DNA of 64,000 nt from Pseudomonadales bacterium (GTDB taxonomy: Bacteria; Patescibacteriota; Microgenomatia; UBA1400; PJMF01). The number at the start of each line of letters is the position of its first letter. The stretch's first letter is position 1. The stretch spans positions 663,272 through 727,271 of the forward strand of contig JACKFW010000001.1 of the NCBI GenBank assembly GCA_020632265.1, in the 5' to 3' direction. The translations under genes and the position numbers were made by a program. Below are positions 50,932 through 60,817 of the stretch, piece after piece. The notes under the pieces were generated by a model. The model saw nothing but the letters and a program-made list of their open reading frames with translations. It was not told the DNA's origin and did not search any database.

Positions 50932-51921
50932 CTATTTTTTCTCCAATCTAACACCTGGAGCATTCAAATTAACTTTAATTATCTTTCCACCAACATTTTT
51001 CATAGCTTTTTCAACTTTTTGACGATTTTTTTCATTAACAATTGTCAAGACACAATCACCACCTGCTGCACCAGAAGCCGTTGATCCATATGCTCCCGCA
51101 TTGTTAGCTGCGACAATTAATTCTTCAATTTTATTATTACTAACTTTCAAGTTTCTTATATACTCTTGAGATTGATTAAATATTTTTCCAACTTTTTTCC
51201 AATCAAATTTTTCCGCAGATTCTACAAAATCATCAGCTAACTTGCCAATTCCATCAAAAACTTTATTTATATATTCCGAATCTTCTTCCAACATATTATT
51301 AACAATTCTAATTAAGGTTGGAGTGTCTGCTTTAGCGCCTGAATAAGCAATTACTATTGGAAGTTGCTCGGCCTTAATTTTTTTAACAATTCTTGCTGGA
51401 GATACAAAATAAAGAGTTCCACCCCAAATTGCCGCAGCCAAATCAAAACCAGAACCTACTCCTTGAACATCTAAAACAGCTTTATAACAAAGTTCAAAGA
51501 GCTCTTTGTTTGACAACTTAACTTTGTAAAGAGTAGTTAGTGCTTTTGCAAAAGCAACCGTGACCGCACTACTAGAACCGAAACCATAAGAACTTGAGAA
51601 ATCGCTACTTGTAGTAACAATAATTCCTTCCTTTTGCGGATGTTTTTCTAAAAAGTTTTTATACAGAATTTCAATAAAACGTACGGCTTTTGGCAAATCT
51701 TTTGTTCCAAGCTCAGAAATAGTTTTTGTATATGCACTCAAACCCAGATCTGGTGCGTCTAAGTGGAATACGTCAATGCCGTTTTTCATTACTGTGGCAT
51801 AAAGTCGTTGATCAACAGCAGTCACAATAGTTGGTCTACCATGCACCACTGCATAGCCCACGGATAACATAAGTTTTCCTGGAGCAGATGCTGTGATTTG
51901 TTGAATTTTATTTTTTGTCAT
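50932..51921 (-). CDS. GHMP kinase, phosphomevalonate kinase-like
   Basis: SAPGKLMLSVGYAVVHG (Pmk-like GYxVL variant) and GFGSSSAVTVAFAKAL (GHMP motif 2). It sits between mvk and mvaD. Confidence 0.65.
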   Translation of the reverse strand: MTKNKIQQITASAPGKLMLSVGYAVVHGRPTIVTAVDQRLYATVMKNGIDVFHLDAPDLGLSAYTKTISELGTKDLPKAVRFIEILYKNFLEKHPQKEGIIVTTSSDFSSSYGFGSSSAVTVAFAKALTTLYKVKLSNKELFELCYKAVLDVQGVGSGFDLAAAIWGGTLYFVSPARIVKKIKAEQLPIVIAYSGAKADTPTLIRIVNNMLEEDSEYINKVFDGIGKLADDFVESAEKFDWKKVGKIFNQSQEYIRNLKVSNNKIEELIVAANNAGAYGSTASGAAGGDCVLTIVNEKNRQKVEKAMKNVGGKIIKVNLNAPGVRLEKK

Positions 51922-51941
51922 ACCAAAAGAGCTATTTTACC

Positions 51942-52856
51942 TTAATTTACTTGAATTTTGTAGTTTCTAGCTGGATTTCTGGCTAAATAAGAATCAAGAA
52001 TACTGTCGTCTAGATGGTAAACTAGCAACAAACCAGAACCATTTTCAATTCCACCCGCACCTGTAATCTTAGCAAATCCTCCTATTGATTCAATTTCCTT
52101 GACCATTTTCTTGGCTTTTTTTCCAACCACGCCCAACTTTTCTAACAACCTTTGATTGATTGAAAGTAAACTTGGATCAAATTTTTGATCAACAATGCTC
52201 GTTATCAAATTATTGGTGACCATTCCAATTTTATTTATTATTTCTTTTTTTTGAGAACTTTTTTCAATATTATTTTTTACTAAATTAACCATTTCTCCCG
52301 TACTTTCAATCGATCTACCAGAGTTTATTAATCTAAAACTCAGAATGGAAGAATTTTCTATTTTTTCTCTTTCAAAATTTTTGTTTATTTTTTTAAATAC
52401 CTGAGTACCTGAAAATACTACCGCAGACGCATCAACCCCACTTGGATTGTTGTGTACAAATTTTTCAGCTTCATATACTAAATCAAAAATTTCTTCTTTT
52501 GATAAATTTAAATTTAAATAATCAATTAATGCCAAAATTATTGCGTGAGCATAGGCTGAAGATGAACCAAGTCCAGATTTTGACGGCAAGTTGGAAGTAA
52601 CTAGAAAGTTTAAATTATCAAGTTCGTTGTCAATTTTTTTCAAGTTTTGGGGATACAAATTTCGATTAATAAGATAATTTTGAAAAACTGAAAGAATATG
52701 ATTCAAATAATTATTTTTTGAAATATTCAAATGATTAATTACCTCTGCTTTTACACCCAAATCAATCGAGGAAACCAATGCTGGTTGACCATAAACAACA
52801 CTATGTTCCCCGCTTAAAATAACTTTCCCTGGTGAGAAAAAAATTTTTTGTTTCAT
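51942..52856 (-). CDS. mvk: Mevalonate kinase
   Basis: SPGKVILSGEHSVVYGQPALVSSI and SKSGLGSSSAYAHAIILAL. Start placed at MKQKIFF; the ORF-track extension to 52961 is probably not translated. Confidence 0.75.
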   Translation of the reverse strand: MKQKIFFSPGKVILSGEHSVVYGQPALVSSIDLGVKAEVINHLNISKNNYLNHILSVFQNYLINRNLYPQNLKKIDNELDNLNFLVTSNLPSKSGLGSSSAYAHAIILALIDYLNLNLSKEEIFDLVYEAEKFVHNNPSGVDASAVVFSGTQVFKKINKNFEREKIENSSILSFRLINSGRSIESTGEMVNLVKNNIEKSSQKKEIINKIGMVTNNLITSIVDQKFDPSLLSINQRLLEKLGVVGKKAKKMVKEIESIGGFAKITGAGGIENGSGLLLVYHLDDSILDSYLARNPARNYKIQVN

Positions 52857-52953
52857 AACACTTATTTGATTTGATTTAAAATCATTTATTTGTCTTGATA
52901 GCAAACTATCAGACATATTGTTAGTCGGAAGAATCACCAAAAACCACGCAAAT

Positions 52954-53250
52954 TTAATCAATTTTTACTAACTTAATGCCGTAATTAATTAATGAAGCTC
53001 TGTCATTTTCCGCAGTTTTTCTTAAAACAAATTCGACTTTATCACCCTTTTTAAGATCTGCTCCTTTTTCACTCATAAATTCATATCTTTCTGAATCCAT
53101 TTCAACAATGGCAAAACAATAAGGAAGGTATTCTTGAAGCTCGGGAGATGTAACTTCAATCTTAGTAACAAACACAATTTTCCCAGTTTTTCCTACAAAG
53201 TTATTCCAATTTTTATTTTGACGCCAATAATCTGCAGGATTAAATTGCAT
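52954..53250 (-). CDS. DUF35 OB-fold protein (thiolase/HMG-CoA synthase scaffold subunit)
   Basis: 98-aa protein with OB-fold-like GKTGKIVFVTKIEV...FAIVEMDSERYEFMSEKGADLKKGDKVEF. Position between thiolase/HMGCS and the kinases. Confidence 0.65.
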   Translation of the reverse strand: MQFNPADYWRQNKNWNNFVGKTGKIVFVTKIEVTSPELQEYLPYCFAIVEMDSERYEFMSEKGADLKKGDKVEFVLRKTAENDRASLINYGIKLVKID

Positions 53251-53261
53251 ATTACTTCTCC

Positions 53262-54626
53262 TTACTTCTCCAAAATATGAACTACTACGGTCGCTCCACT
53301 TCCGCCAACATTATGAGCCAAGGCATATTGAAATTTTTGCTTTCTCAACCCCAACTTAGATTCTGATATCGATCCCGAAGGTGGTTTGAATCCTATTTTG
53401 TCCTGATTTTCGAGGAATTCTGCTAAATAAGCTACCTGTTTTACTCCGGTAGCACCTACGGGATGACCGCATGCTTTTAATCCACCAGAAGGATTAATAA
53501 TAATTTCACCACCAAATGTCGTTTTTCCATCTAAGGTTGCTTTACCACCAGTACCCGGTTTAAAAAAACCCAAATCTTCAATTGCTAAAATCTCCGCAAT
53601 GGTAAAACAATCATGAACTTCAGCAACTTTAACATCATTATGAGTGATTCCCGCATGTGCAAATGCTTCTTTAGCCGCTTTTTTTGTTGCAAGCAAACTC
53701 GTTAAACTTTGTCTATTCGCCAAACTCAAAGAATCTTGCGCGTGACCAAATCCAATGATTTTGGGTTTATTTTCATAGCTAATGATTTTATTTTTTCGCC
53801 TACTTTTACTTATATCTTTTTTATTCAAATTTAAAAGATTGCCAACTTCCTTTGTACTTAAAATTACCGCACTTGCCCCATCTGAAACTGGAGAACAATC
53901 TAAAAGTCTGAGCGGATCCGCCACCATTGAGCTTTTACTTACCTGCTCAGAAGTAAATATTTTCCTAAAATGTGCCTTTGGATTATTGATAGCATGTCGA
54001 TGATTTTTAACTGAAACAGCCGACAGTTGTTCTCTCGTTGTACCATATTTATGCATATGCGCTTTGGCTAACAATGCATAAAGTGCTGGGAAAGTACTTC
54101 CATATTCAAAATCATAGTCTGATGCACTAGAAAGTACTTTAGTTGCTTCATTAGAGTTTAGATCAGTCATTTTCTCTACTCCCAATACCAAAACTGTTTT
54201 GTATCTCCCAGAATTTAGAGCATTTTGCGCGGTTATCAATGCCAACGAGCCAGATGCGCAAGCACCTTCCACCCTAATGGCTGGAGGATAATGATTAAAA
54301 ATCTGACTAACCATCGCATTTAAGTGCAACTGATTATTAAAAAGCCCTGAGGCCATATTTGCAATAAAAACTGCTTCAATTTCTTCTGGATCAAAGTCGT
54401 GATTTTTGGAAACACTCTTGATTACCCCGTTAACAGCTTCGTTAATCAAAACTGCGAGCGATTTATCCCACAACTCTCCAAACTGATCTGAAATATAAGT
54501 TCCAACAATCCTAATTTGTTTTTGTGAATTTCTATTAATTTTTTTTGAACTAAAATCTAGCGTTTTGTTATCAATAATATGCGTTTTGTTATCAATAATA
54601 TGCGTTTTGTTCATATGTTTCATCAA
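53262..54626 (-). CDS. Thiolase-like acetyl-CoA acetyltransferase (archaeal/SCP-x type) with a repeat-containing N-terminal extension
   Basis: IRIVGTYISDQFGEL and catalytic VEGACASGSLAL. C-terminal HNVGGSGATVVVHIL. N-terminus NKTHIIDNKTHIIDNKT comes from a 22-nt DNA repeat. Confidence 0.8.
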   Translation of the reverse strand: MMKHMNKTHIIDNKTHIIDNKTLDFSSKKINRNSQKQIRIVGTYISDQFGELWDKSLAVLINEAVNGVIKSVSKNHDFDPEEIEAVFIANMASGLFNNQLHLNAMVSQIFNHYPPAIRVEGACASGSLALITAQNALNSGRYKTVLVLGVEKMTDLNSNEATKVLSSASDYDFEYGSTFPALYALLAKAHMHKYGTTREQLSAVSVKNHRHAINNPKAHFRKIFTSEQVSKSSMVADPLRLLDCSPVSDGASAVILSTKEVGNLLNLNKKDISKSRRKNKIISYENKPKIIGFGHAQDSLSLANRQSLTSLLATKKAAKEAFAHAGITHNDVKVAEVHDCFTIAEILAIEDLGFFKPGTGGKATLDGKTTFGGEIIINPSGGLKACGHPVGATGVKQVAYLAEFLENQDKIGFKPPSGSISESKLGLRKQKFQYALAHNVGGSGATVVVHILEK

Positions 54627-54718
54627 TAATTGCTGTTAAATATTTTTAACGATTTTAAATATTTTTTTAGCGATTTTAAATATTTTTAACGATTTTATTA
54701 ATTATCAACCTAGATTAT

Positions 54719-55798
54719 TTAATGACTAAATTTTGTATTTTTAACATAAGTATGATAATCAATTTCTTTAAGATCATTAATTTGGTCCTTTAAAAATCTA
54801 TTCCAACCTTTTCTTCTTTTTTCAAGCAAACTTGTCGTCTTAAAAACAAAAGCGTCGCTGCCTGATCCTGAACCATAAGAAACCATTAAAATAATTTGAT
54901 TCTTTTTTGCAACATCGAGCACTGCGCTCAAAGCCATTAAACTAGCCGCCGCATAGGTATTGCCAATTTTTCTAACTACTAAACTTGTCTCAAGTTGTTG
55001 CGAAGTAAAACCAAGACTTTTGGCAATAATTTTTGGGAATTTTTCATTTGGAGTGTGAAAAATGCAGTAATCAAAATCTTTTGGTTTCATTTTTAAATCT
55101 TTCATTATTTTTTTTGCAGCCGTTGAAACATGATAAAAGTAACCAGGTTCACCACTAAATCTACCAGCGTGTTCAGGATGCTGCATTAATGGTCTTCGCC
55201 AAAAATCTGGAGTGTCGGTAGCAATTGAAGTTGTGCCCAATAATTCCACTAAAATATTTTCTCTACCAACCAAAAATGCAACTGAGCCTGCTCCTGCCGT
55301 ATACTCTAAAACATCACCCTGTTTTGATTGAGCGCTGTCAGTTCCAATAGCCAATCCCAAATTTACCATCTTCGATCTAACATAAGAAAAACAGATTTGT
55401 AATGCCTGAGTTCCAGCCTTACAAGCAAATTGTAGGTCAGCCAACGCCAAATTATCTGTTAATCCTAGCGCTTGTTTCACTATTGTTCCAGTTGGTTTAA
55501 CTGCATATGGATGGCTTTCACTTCCAATAAATAAACAACCAATATTTTGTTTAGTATTTTCTTGATTTTTTATGTCTGTTGCAGATCTATGCAACGACTG
55601 AAGTGCGGACTTAATAGACATTGTGGTTGTATCTTCATCAGCAGAGGGAACAGTTTTTTGAGAAACACCAAGAGAACGATAGATATTTGCACCAATCTTT
55701 CCTTGTGCTTCTTCAATACTTTTTCCAGAAACAAAATTCGAAGGAATATATAAACCGTACGAAATAATTCCTACCGATGTTAAAGTTTCACTGTCCAT
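54719..55798 (-). CDS. Hydroxymethylglutaryl-CoA synthase (archaeal-type)
   Basis: VGIISYGLYIP, catalytic Cys region GCLFIGSESHPYAVKP, C-terminal ILMVSYGSGSGSDAF. Confidence 0.8.
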   Translation of the reverse strand: MDSETLTSVGIISYGLYIPSNFVSGKSIEEAQGKIGANIYRSLGVSQKTVPSADEDTTTMSIKSALQSLHRSATDIKNQENTKQNIGCLFIGSESHPYAVKPTGTIVKQALGLTDNLALADLQFACKAGTQALQICFSYVRSKMVNLGLAIGTDSAQSKQGDVLEYTAGAGSVAFLVGRENILVELLGTTSIATDTPDFWRRPLMQHPEHAGRFSGEPGYFYHVSTAAKKIMKDLKMKPKDFDYCIFHTPNEKFPKIIAKSLGFTSQQLETSLVVRKIGNTYAAASLMALSAVLDVAKKNQIILMVSYGSGSGSDAFVFKTTSLLEKRRKGWNRFLKDQINDLKEIDYHTYVKNTKFSH

Positions 55799-55837
55799 AT
55801 TTGTTATCAACTAACTCTTATTTATCAAACAATAAGT

Positions 55838-57100
55838 TTATCTAGCTAATTTTTGATGAGCATCTGCCAACGACTGGTTTGTTAGAGCACATAGTCCAGA
55901 TATTTCACCAGCAAATGCGGCTACTCCAGCAGCAAGAGCAAGGGTCATCGAATTATCATTGGATTTTTTAAAATTTGCTGAAGGCATAATCAAGGCTCTG
56001 GCCTGACTTTGCTTCGGAAACCAAGTTCCACCGCCCACACTACCCACGCTTACTGATGGCAGCGTTAGCGCAACATACAACCCATCACCTTGTTTTTCAA
56101 AAGTAACTGATGCTTCACTGCCACCAACAGCATGGGCTGGATCTTGTCCTGTTGCTATGTAAAATGCAGCAAGTGCATTAGCAACATGCATATTTTGTGC
56201 CATTGAACCCGCAACATTACTGCCTACTAAATTTTTAGCTACATGAGTCTTAAGCAAATCTTTAACATTAACATCAAATACTTTAGTTAAAATTTCTTTT
56301 GAAAGGAAAGCTTCTAACTCAATATTAAAACCTCTACCAAAAATTCTGTTGACAATTGAATCCTTTTTATCAGTACAAACATTACCTGAAATTGAAAGCA
56401 ATTTAACATCTGGATGATCGTTTTTAATCATATTCCAAGTATGTTTTAAAGCGATTGTAACCATATTCATGCCCATTGCTTCATCAGTATCAAAACTAAA
56501 CCTTAAATAAACCAACCTTCCTCGCAGGAATGAATGATAAGACAAAAATTTAAGATGAGAACTAGTGCTCTCGCAGTAATCAACTAGCTTGTGTCGATTC
56601 TTTTTCACCCAATCTAAAAACCTATATGCATCGATTGTACTCAAACACTCAAAAACCAAAGACCTGGTTGAGCCAATTTTCTTAACAATCACAGAAAGAC
56701 TTTTTGACAAGTTTAGAGCCTTACATCCACGATTAATTGATGCAATTAACGCAGCCTCTGTTGTTGCCAAAGGAATAAATATATTGTCGCTATAAGGCTT
56801 GCTTTTATCTTCAAACGACACTACTCCGGAATTCCTATCAGACAACTCTTTTTTGATCACATGTTTTACAAAATTTTCAACCCTAACTGGGCCTACCAGC
56901 CCTACTGGAATTTCAACACTACCAATCATGTTTTCACAATTTTTGCTCCCAGCTCTTTGTACTGGAAAATTGATATCAAATAAATTTTTGAATTTTGATG
57001 GATCTTTGTTTACAGATTTTATGAATTTTTGACGAACCTGAACTTTTTTGGTTTCCGAAAATTTTTCATCTCTGATATAAAAACTGAAATTATTGGACAC
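55838..57100 (-). CDS. hmgA: HMG-CoA reductase, class I
   Basis: ENMIGSVEIPVGLVGPVRV and DAMGMNMV, with GTVGGGT-like VGSVGGGT. Confidence 0.85.
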   Translation of the reverse strand: MSNNFSFYIRDEKFSETKKVQVRQKFIKSVNKDPSKFKNLFDINFPVQRAGSKNCENMIGSVEIPVGLVGPVRVENFVKHVIKKELSDRNSGVVSFEDKSKPYSDNIFIPLATTEAALIASINRGCKALNLSKSLSVIVKKIGSTRSLVFECLSTIDAYRFLDWVKKNRHKLVDYCESTSSHLKFLSYHSFLRGRLVYLRFSFDTDEAMGMNMVTIALKHTWNMIKNDHPDVKLLSISGNVCTDKKDSIVNRIFGRGFNIELEAFLSKEILTKVFDVNVKDLLKTHVAKNLVGSNVAGSMAQNMHVANALAAFYIATGQDPAHAVGGSEASVTFEKQGDGLYVALTLPSVSVGSVGGGTWFPKQSQARALIMPSANFKKSNDNSMTLALAAGVAAFAGEISGLCALTNQSLADAHQKLAR

Positions 57101-57256
57101 AAACAGTTAGTCGTAAAAAATAGTGAAAAACATTCTATGCAGTAATCAACAAATTCTAAATACAACTAAATATTAAACAAAATATTAAAAAAGATATTAT
57201 ATAAAATATTAGATAATATATTTTAATAAATGATATCTAAAATAAAAAAATTAGAA

Positions 57257-57892
57257 CTAAACTAAGTCCTTAAGTGCCGAAATCAACCTTCGATCTCTAA
57301 GCATCATGCAAGACCAAGGAGCAAGAAGTTTTTTCTGATCATTAATTTTAATCTGACACGGTGCAGTTCTGTCTTTGAGTTGATCAAAACTCATCACTAA
57401 AGTTTGCTCTGGAGAAGGAATTGAAGTATTAATATTAATTTGAGCTACTAACTCATCAAGATCGACCCAATCTATCTCACTCACTTCGCTAGCATTTGGT
57501 ATTACTTTTCCTTCATATCTACTTACAAATACCTCATCAAATTCAAATTCTCCATATTTATCATTGCAATATGCTTTATATATAAACTTATAAACTGGAA
57601 TGAGATCCAAATTTTCAATATTTATCTCATCTTTTAATCTTCTCTTTGCACAATTTAAATAAATCTCATCTGGCCTAACATTGCCACAAATTGCATTCGC
57701 CCACCATGAAGCGCCTACAATTTTTTCTAAACTTCTTTTTTGTAACAAAATTTTGCCTTGTTTATTTATTAACCATACTGATACGGCCTGATGAAGTTTT
57801 GCTGGATGTTCATGAGCCTTAAACTTGTCCATCTTTCCAACGTACTTGTCATCGAAATCAACAACTATTACTTTATCTTTGTCATCAATCAT
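57257..57892 (-). CDS. idi: Isopentenyl-diphosphate delta-isomerase, type 1
   Basis: LHQAVSVWLINKQGKILLQKRSLEKIVGASWWANAICGNVRPDE aligns with E. coli Idi [44 protein letters not shown]. C-terminal EFEFDEVFV...EIDWVDLDEL aligns too. Confidence 0.8.
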   Translation of the reverse strand: MIDDKDKVIVVDFDDKYVGKMDKFKAHEHPAKLHQAVSVWLINKQGKILLQKRSLEKIVGASWWANAICGNVRPDEIYLNCAKRRLKDEINIENLDLIPVYKFIYKAYCNDKYGEFEFDEVFVSRYEGKVIPNASEVSEIDWVDLDELVAQININTSIPSPEQTLVMSFDQLKDRTAPCQIKINDQKKLLAPWSCMMLRDRRLISALKDLV

Positions 57893-58233
57893 AATTTTTT
57901 CCTAAAAACTAAGTGAAATCTTATTAATAAGTAGAATAAGAGTATTTGCCAATAAATACAATAAAAAGTTATTACGTTTGAAAGAAAAAACAGAACATTA
58001 CAATCAAAATATCGGATATTTGAGCAACTGATAAACAATCCCAAAATTGGAATAATTAAAATTTTCCACAGCATTGTAACGAACATTAAAATTATACTCG
58101 GCAACAACGACATCCAAACAAAAATCTTTTCTTTAACTAAGGATTGCATCGTTTGATAAGGATGTAATATCAATCCAACAGATATTTGACCTAGTGAATA
58201 TGTGGCGGACAATACAACTTTTCTTTTTTTCAA
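57889..58233 (-). CDS. Small integral membrane protein (3 TM), TTG start. It lies downstream of the ECF sigma factor.
   Basis: TTG preceded by GAGGAATAAAA. Hydrophobic segments. 4-nt overlap with idi. Confidence 0.4.
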   Translation of the reverse strand: MKKRKVVLSATYSLGQISVGLILHPYQTMQSLVKEKIFVWMSLLPSIILMFVTMLWKILIIPILGLFISCSNIRYFDCNVLFFLSNVITFYCIYWQILLFYLLIRFHLVFRKKL

Positions 58234-58454
58234 TTTTATTCCTCAACCACAAGCCCTTAATTAAAAGAGTTCAAAAAATATTGTGGTAATAATTGCTAAA
58301 ATTAACAATGTTTGCCATGAATAAATTCCAACAAAAGATGTTAAGCCATCAAAAAATATCGGAAATATTCTCATTTCATTTAGTTTTTTCTGAGTCAACG
58401 CTTCGTTTTGGAGTTTTGATAAAAAATCATTTTTCATGTTTATTATTTGAGCAA

Positions 58455-59003
58455 TTATTGTTCCTCAAAAACCCGAGATATCGCCCATAATGCCTTGAAC
58501 TCTTTTCGTGCCCTAAAAAGATCTGACTCCACAGCCTTGATACTTTTTCCAAGTTCTGTGGCAATTGCTGCAACTTTTTTATTATCAATATATTTAAGCA
58601 TCAAAATTTCTTGATATTGATTTCTCATTCTCTTCAAAACTTTGGTAACTTTTTCCGAAACCTCAGTCGAATCATCAACATCATCAATCATCAACAAATC
58701 AAAAAGATGAGTAGTTTTTAATGCTTTTTTAGCATATTTTTTACGAAAATAATCGGCAATTTCGTGCCGAGCAATTGAATTCATCCAAGTCCATATACTT
58801 GAATTCCCCCTAAAAAGCGGTAAATGTTTTAAACAATTCAAAAAAGTTTGTTGGACTATTTCCTCTGCATCCTGAGGGTTAGACACTTTTTGAACTACCA
58901 GCGCAAACATTCGATTGTGATAATTATTAAACCATTGGGTCACTGCTCTTGGGTTACCAATTTTTAATTTGGCTAAAAGTTTCATGTCTTTCTCATTTTT
59001 CAT
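58455..59003 (-). CDS. RNA polymerase sigma factor, ECF (sigma-70 group 4) family
   Basis: Region 2 FALVVQKVSNPQDAEEIVQQTFLNCLKHL...WMNSIARHEIADYFR. Region 4 HTH QEILMLKYIDNKKVAAIATELGKSIKAVESDLFRARKEFK. Confidence 0.75.
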   Translation of the reverse strand: MKNEKDMKLLAKLKIGNPRAVTQWFNNYHNRMFALVVQKVSNPQDAEEIVQQTFLNCLKHLPLFRGNSSIWTWMNSIARHEIADYFRKKYAKKALKTTHLFDLLMIDDVDDSTEVSEKVTKVLKRMRNQYQEILMLKYIDNKKVAAIATELGKSIKAVESDLFRARKEFKALWAISRVFEEQ

Positions 59004-59049
59004 CTTCTATTTCCCTATCTAGCTGGCATACTATATAATATCATTACAT

Positions 59050-59427
59050 ATGTCATTTAAGTTTGTTTCAACAGTTTTTGCTCAAGGAAGTCCGTGTGGT
59101 GCTGGACAAGGAGGTTCAATCAATTTGGGCGATTGTCTAAAACTTTCTGACAGCACAACTGTCAGTTCTGTATACAATAATCCCGCATTTTTAGTCAATT
59201 TAGCCGTCAGAAATATATTTGTTCTAGCTGGGGTAGTACTTTTCTTAATGTTTTTTCTTGCTGGATATAAATTCATTACTAAGGGAAAAGATGGCATTGA
59301 AGATGCAAAAAGAATAGTGACAATGTCGATGTTAGGTTTTTCAATAATGTTTGCTGCTTTTTGGATTGTACAATTAGTTTCCCTATTAACTGGCGTAGTT
59401 ATCCCTGGTATAACCATAGGTAGTTAA
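59050..59427 (+). CDS. VirB2/TrbC-like pilin-family small membrane protein, paralog 1 of 8
   Basis: C-terminal module VLAGVVLFLMFFLAGYKFITKGKDGIEDAKRIVTMSMLGFSIMFAAFWIV (helix, basic loop, helix). Confidence 0.55.
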   Translation: MSFKFVSTVFAQGSPCGAGQGGSINLGDCLKLSDSTTVSSVYNNPAFLVNLAVRNIFVLAGVVLFLMFFLAGYKFITKGKDGIEDAKRIVTMSMLGFSIMFAAFWIVQLVSLLTGVVIPGITIGS

Positions 59428-59429
59428 AT

Positions 59430-59855
59430 ATGAAAATACTAAAATCACTATTCTTAACTCTTATCTCATTTTTTACTATCAAGCCAGTGTTTGCTCAAGA
59501 ATTTGATCAATTTGTTGGCAGAGTTGATACCCCAAAGGGAGTGGCTTTGTACAATATTGAAGCAGGCAGTGAAAATATTGCCATTCTTTTATTTTTTTCA
59601 AAATTTATTATGTTTATTACCATGCTCGCTAGTCTTTGGGTAGTAATTAATGTATTAATGGCAGCAATTAGCTATTTAACTGGGGGTGGAAAACCAGACA
59701 ATCATCAAAAAGTTAAAGATAAACTAACAATGAGCGTCTTGGGTTTAATAATTATTGTAAGTTCTTACACAGTTGCGGGATTAATTGGATTAATTTTCTT
59801 TGGAGATGCAACTTATATTATCAATCCAACCATCGCTCCAATTACCGGAGCCTAA
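59430..59855 (+). CDS. VirB2/TrbC-like pilin-family protein, paralog 2
   Basis: Signal peptide ...KPVFA|QE. Module MAAISYLTGGGKPDNHQKVKDKLTMSVLGLIIIVSSYTVAG. Confidence 0.55.
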   Translation: MKILKSLFLTLISFFTIKPVFAQEFDQFVGRVDTPKGVALYNIEAGSENIAILLFFSKFIMFITMLASLWVVINVLMAAISYLTGGGKPDNHQKVKDKLTMSVLGLIIIVSSYTVAGLIGLIFFGDATYIINPTIAPITGA

Positions 59856-59857
59856 TT

Positions 59858-60406
59858 ATGTTATCAAAAATTGTAAAATATTATCTCTCAATTCTGCTTA
59901 TAATATTTTTTTCTTTGAATTTTTTTTATAAACCTCAAGTTGTTTCTGCACAAGCGACATGTAGTTACGTTGGTCAATGCGTGAACAATAAAAAATGTGT
60001 CTGTATTGCTAACTGCAACTCTGTTGTAAATCGCGAACTTGGTCCAGGATCTCAAGATTGTGGTTCAGCGATTATCGGTGGAGTTGAACCACCCGTGGCG
60101 GTTCAAAACATTAATTCGGCATCAGGAGGTGAAATTGGATTGATTTTTTTTCTTTCAAGAATGATTAGATTTGGAACAATTGTCGCAGGAATTTTTGTGA
60201 TTTGGAACTTCGTAGCTGCAGGATTCACATATATTTCAAGCGCAGGAAATGCTGATGCACACGTTAAAGTCCGTGATAAAATCACCTGGAGTGTAATTGG
60301 GATACTAGTAATCGTATCTGCATACACAATCGCTGGAATCATTGGCCTTGTTTATTTCAAAGATCCAACATTCATACTTAATCCTCAAATTGAAGGAGCT
60401 ATTTAG
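59858..60406 (+). CDS. VirB2/TrbC-like pilin-family protein, paralog 3 (Cys-containing mature N-terminal region)
   Basis: Signal peptide ...VVSA|QA. Module AAGFTYISSAGNADAHVKVRDKITWSVIGILVIVSAYTIAG. Confidence 0.55.
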   Translation: MLSKIVKYYLSILLIIFFSLNFFYKPQVVSAQATCSYVGQCVNNKKCVCIANCNSVVNRELGPGSQDCGSAIIGGVEPPVAVQNINSASGGEIGLIFFLSRMIRFGTIVAGIFVIWNFVAAGFTYISSAGNADAHVKVRDKITWSVIGILVIVSAYTIAGIIGLVYFKDPTFILNPQIEGAI

Positions 60407-60431
60407 TATATAATAATTTAAGAAAACAATT

Positions 60432-60812
60432 ATGCTAACAATTTTTGCAACATTAATCGCTCAATTTGGAAATGGAATTCAACCTCCTTCAGAAGCTTAT
60501 AGTGTCGACGGAGATACTCAGGCAGGTGTATTAGCTAATTTTGATTTACTTCTCTCGAATGTTTTAGGTCTTTTTACAATTTTTGGAGGAATTTTCTTTG
60601 TAATATATTTCTTAATAGCTTCGGTTCAATGGATTACATCCGGTGGTGATTCTGGAAAACTCACAGAAGCCCGAAATAAAATGATTCAAGGAGTATTGGG
60701 GTTAGTAATTCTAGTTGCTTCTTATGGCATAATTGGATTAGTTGGCACAATTGTGGGCATTGATATAATTAATCCAGTAGCACAGCTTGAAAAAATCATA
60801 CCTGGAAATTAA
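60432..60812 (+). CDS. VirB2/TrbC-like pilin-family protein, paralog 4
   Basis: Module IASVQWITSGGDSGKLTEARNKMIQGVLGLVILVASYGIIG. Confidence 0.55.
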   Translation: MLTIFATLIAQFGNGIQPPSEAYSVDGDTQAGVLANFDLLLSNVLGLFTIFGGIFFVIYFLIASVQWITSGGDSGKLTEARNKMIQGVLGLVILVASYGIIGLVGTIVGIDIINPVAQLEKIIPGN

Positions 60813-60817
60813 ATTTT

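Noticed and set aside
58293-58490. 65-aa + strand ORF between the 3-TM protein and the ECF sigma factor, considered as a possible anti-sigma factor
   Set aside because: It overlaps the 3' end of the sigma-factor gene on the opposite strand, has no RBS, and its translation is not anti-sigma-like. The co-oriented 3-TM protein downstream of the sigma factor is the better (still weak) anti-sigma candidate.
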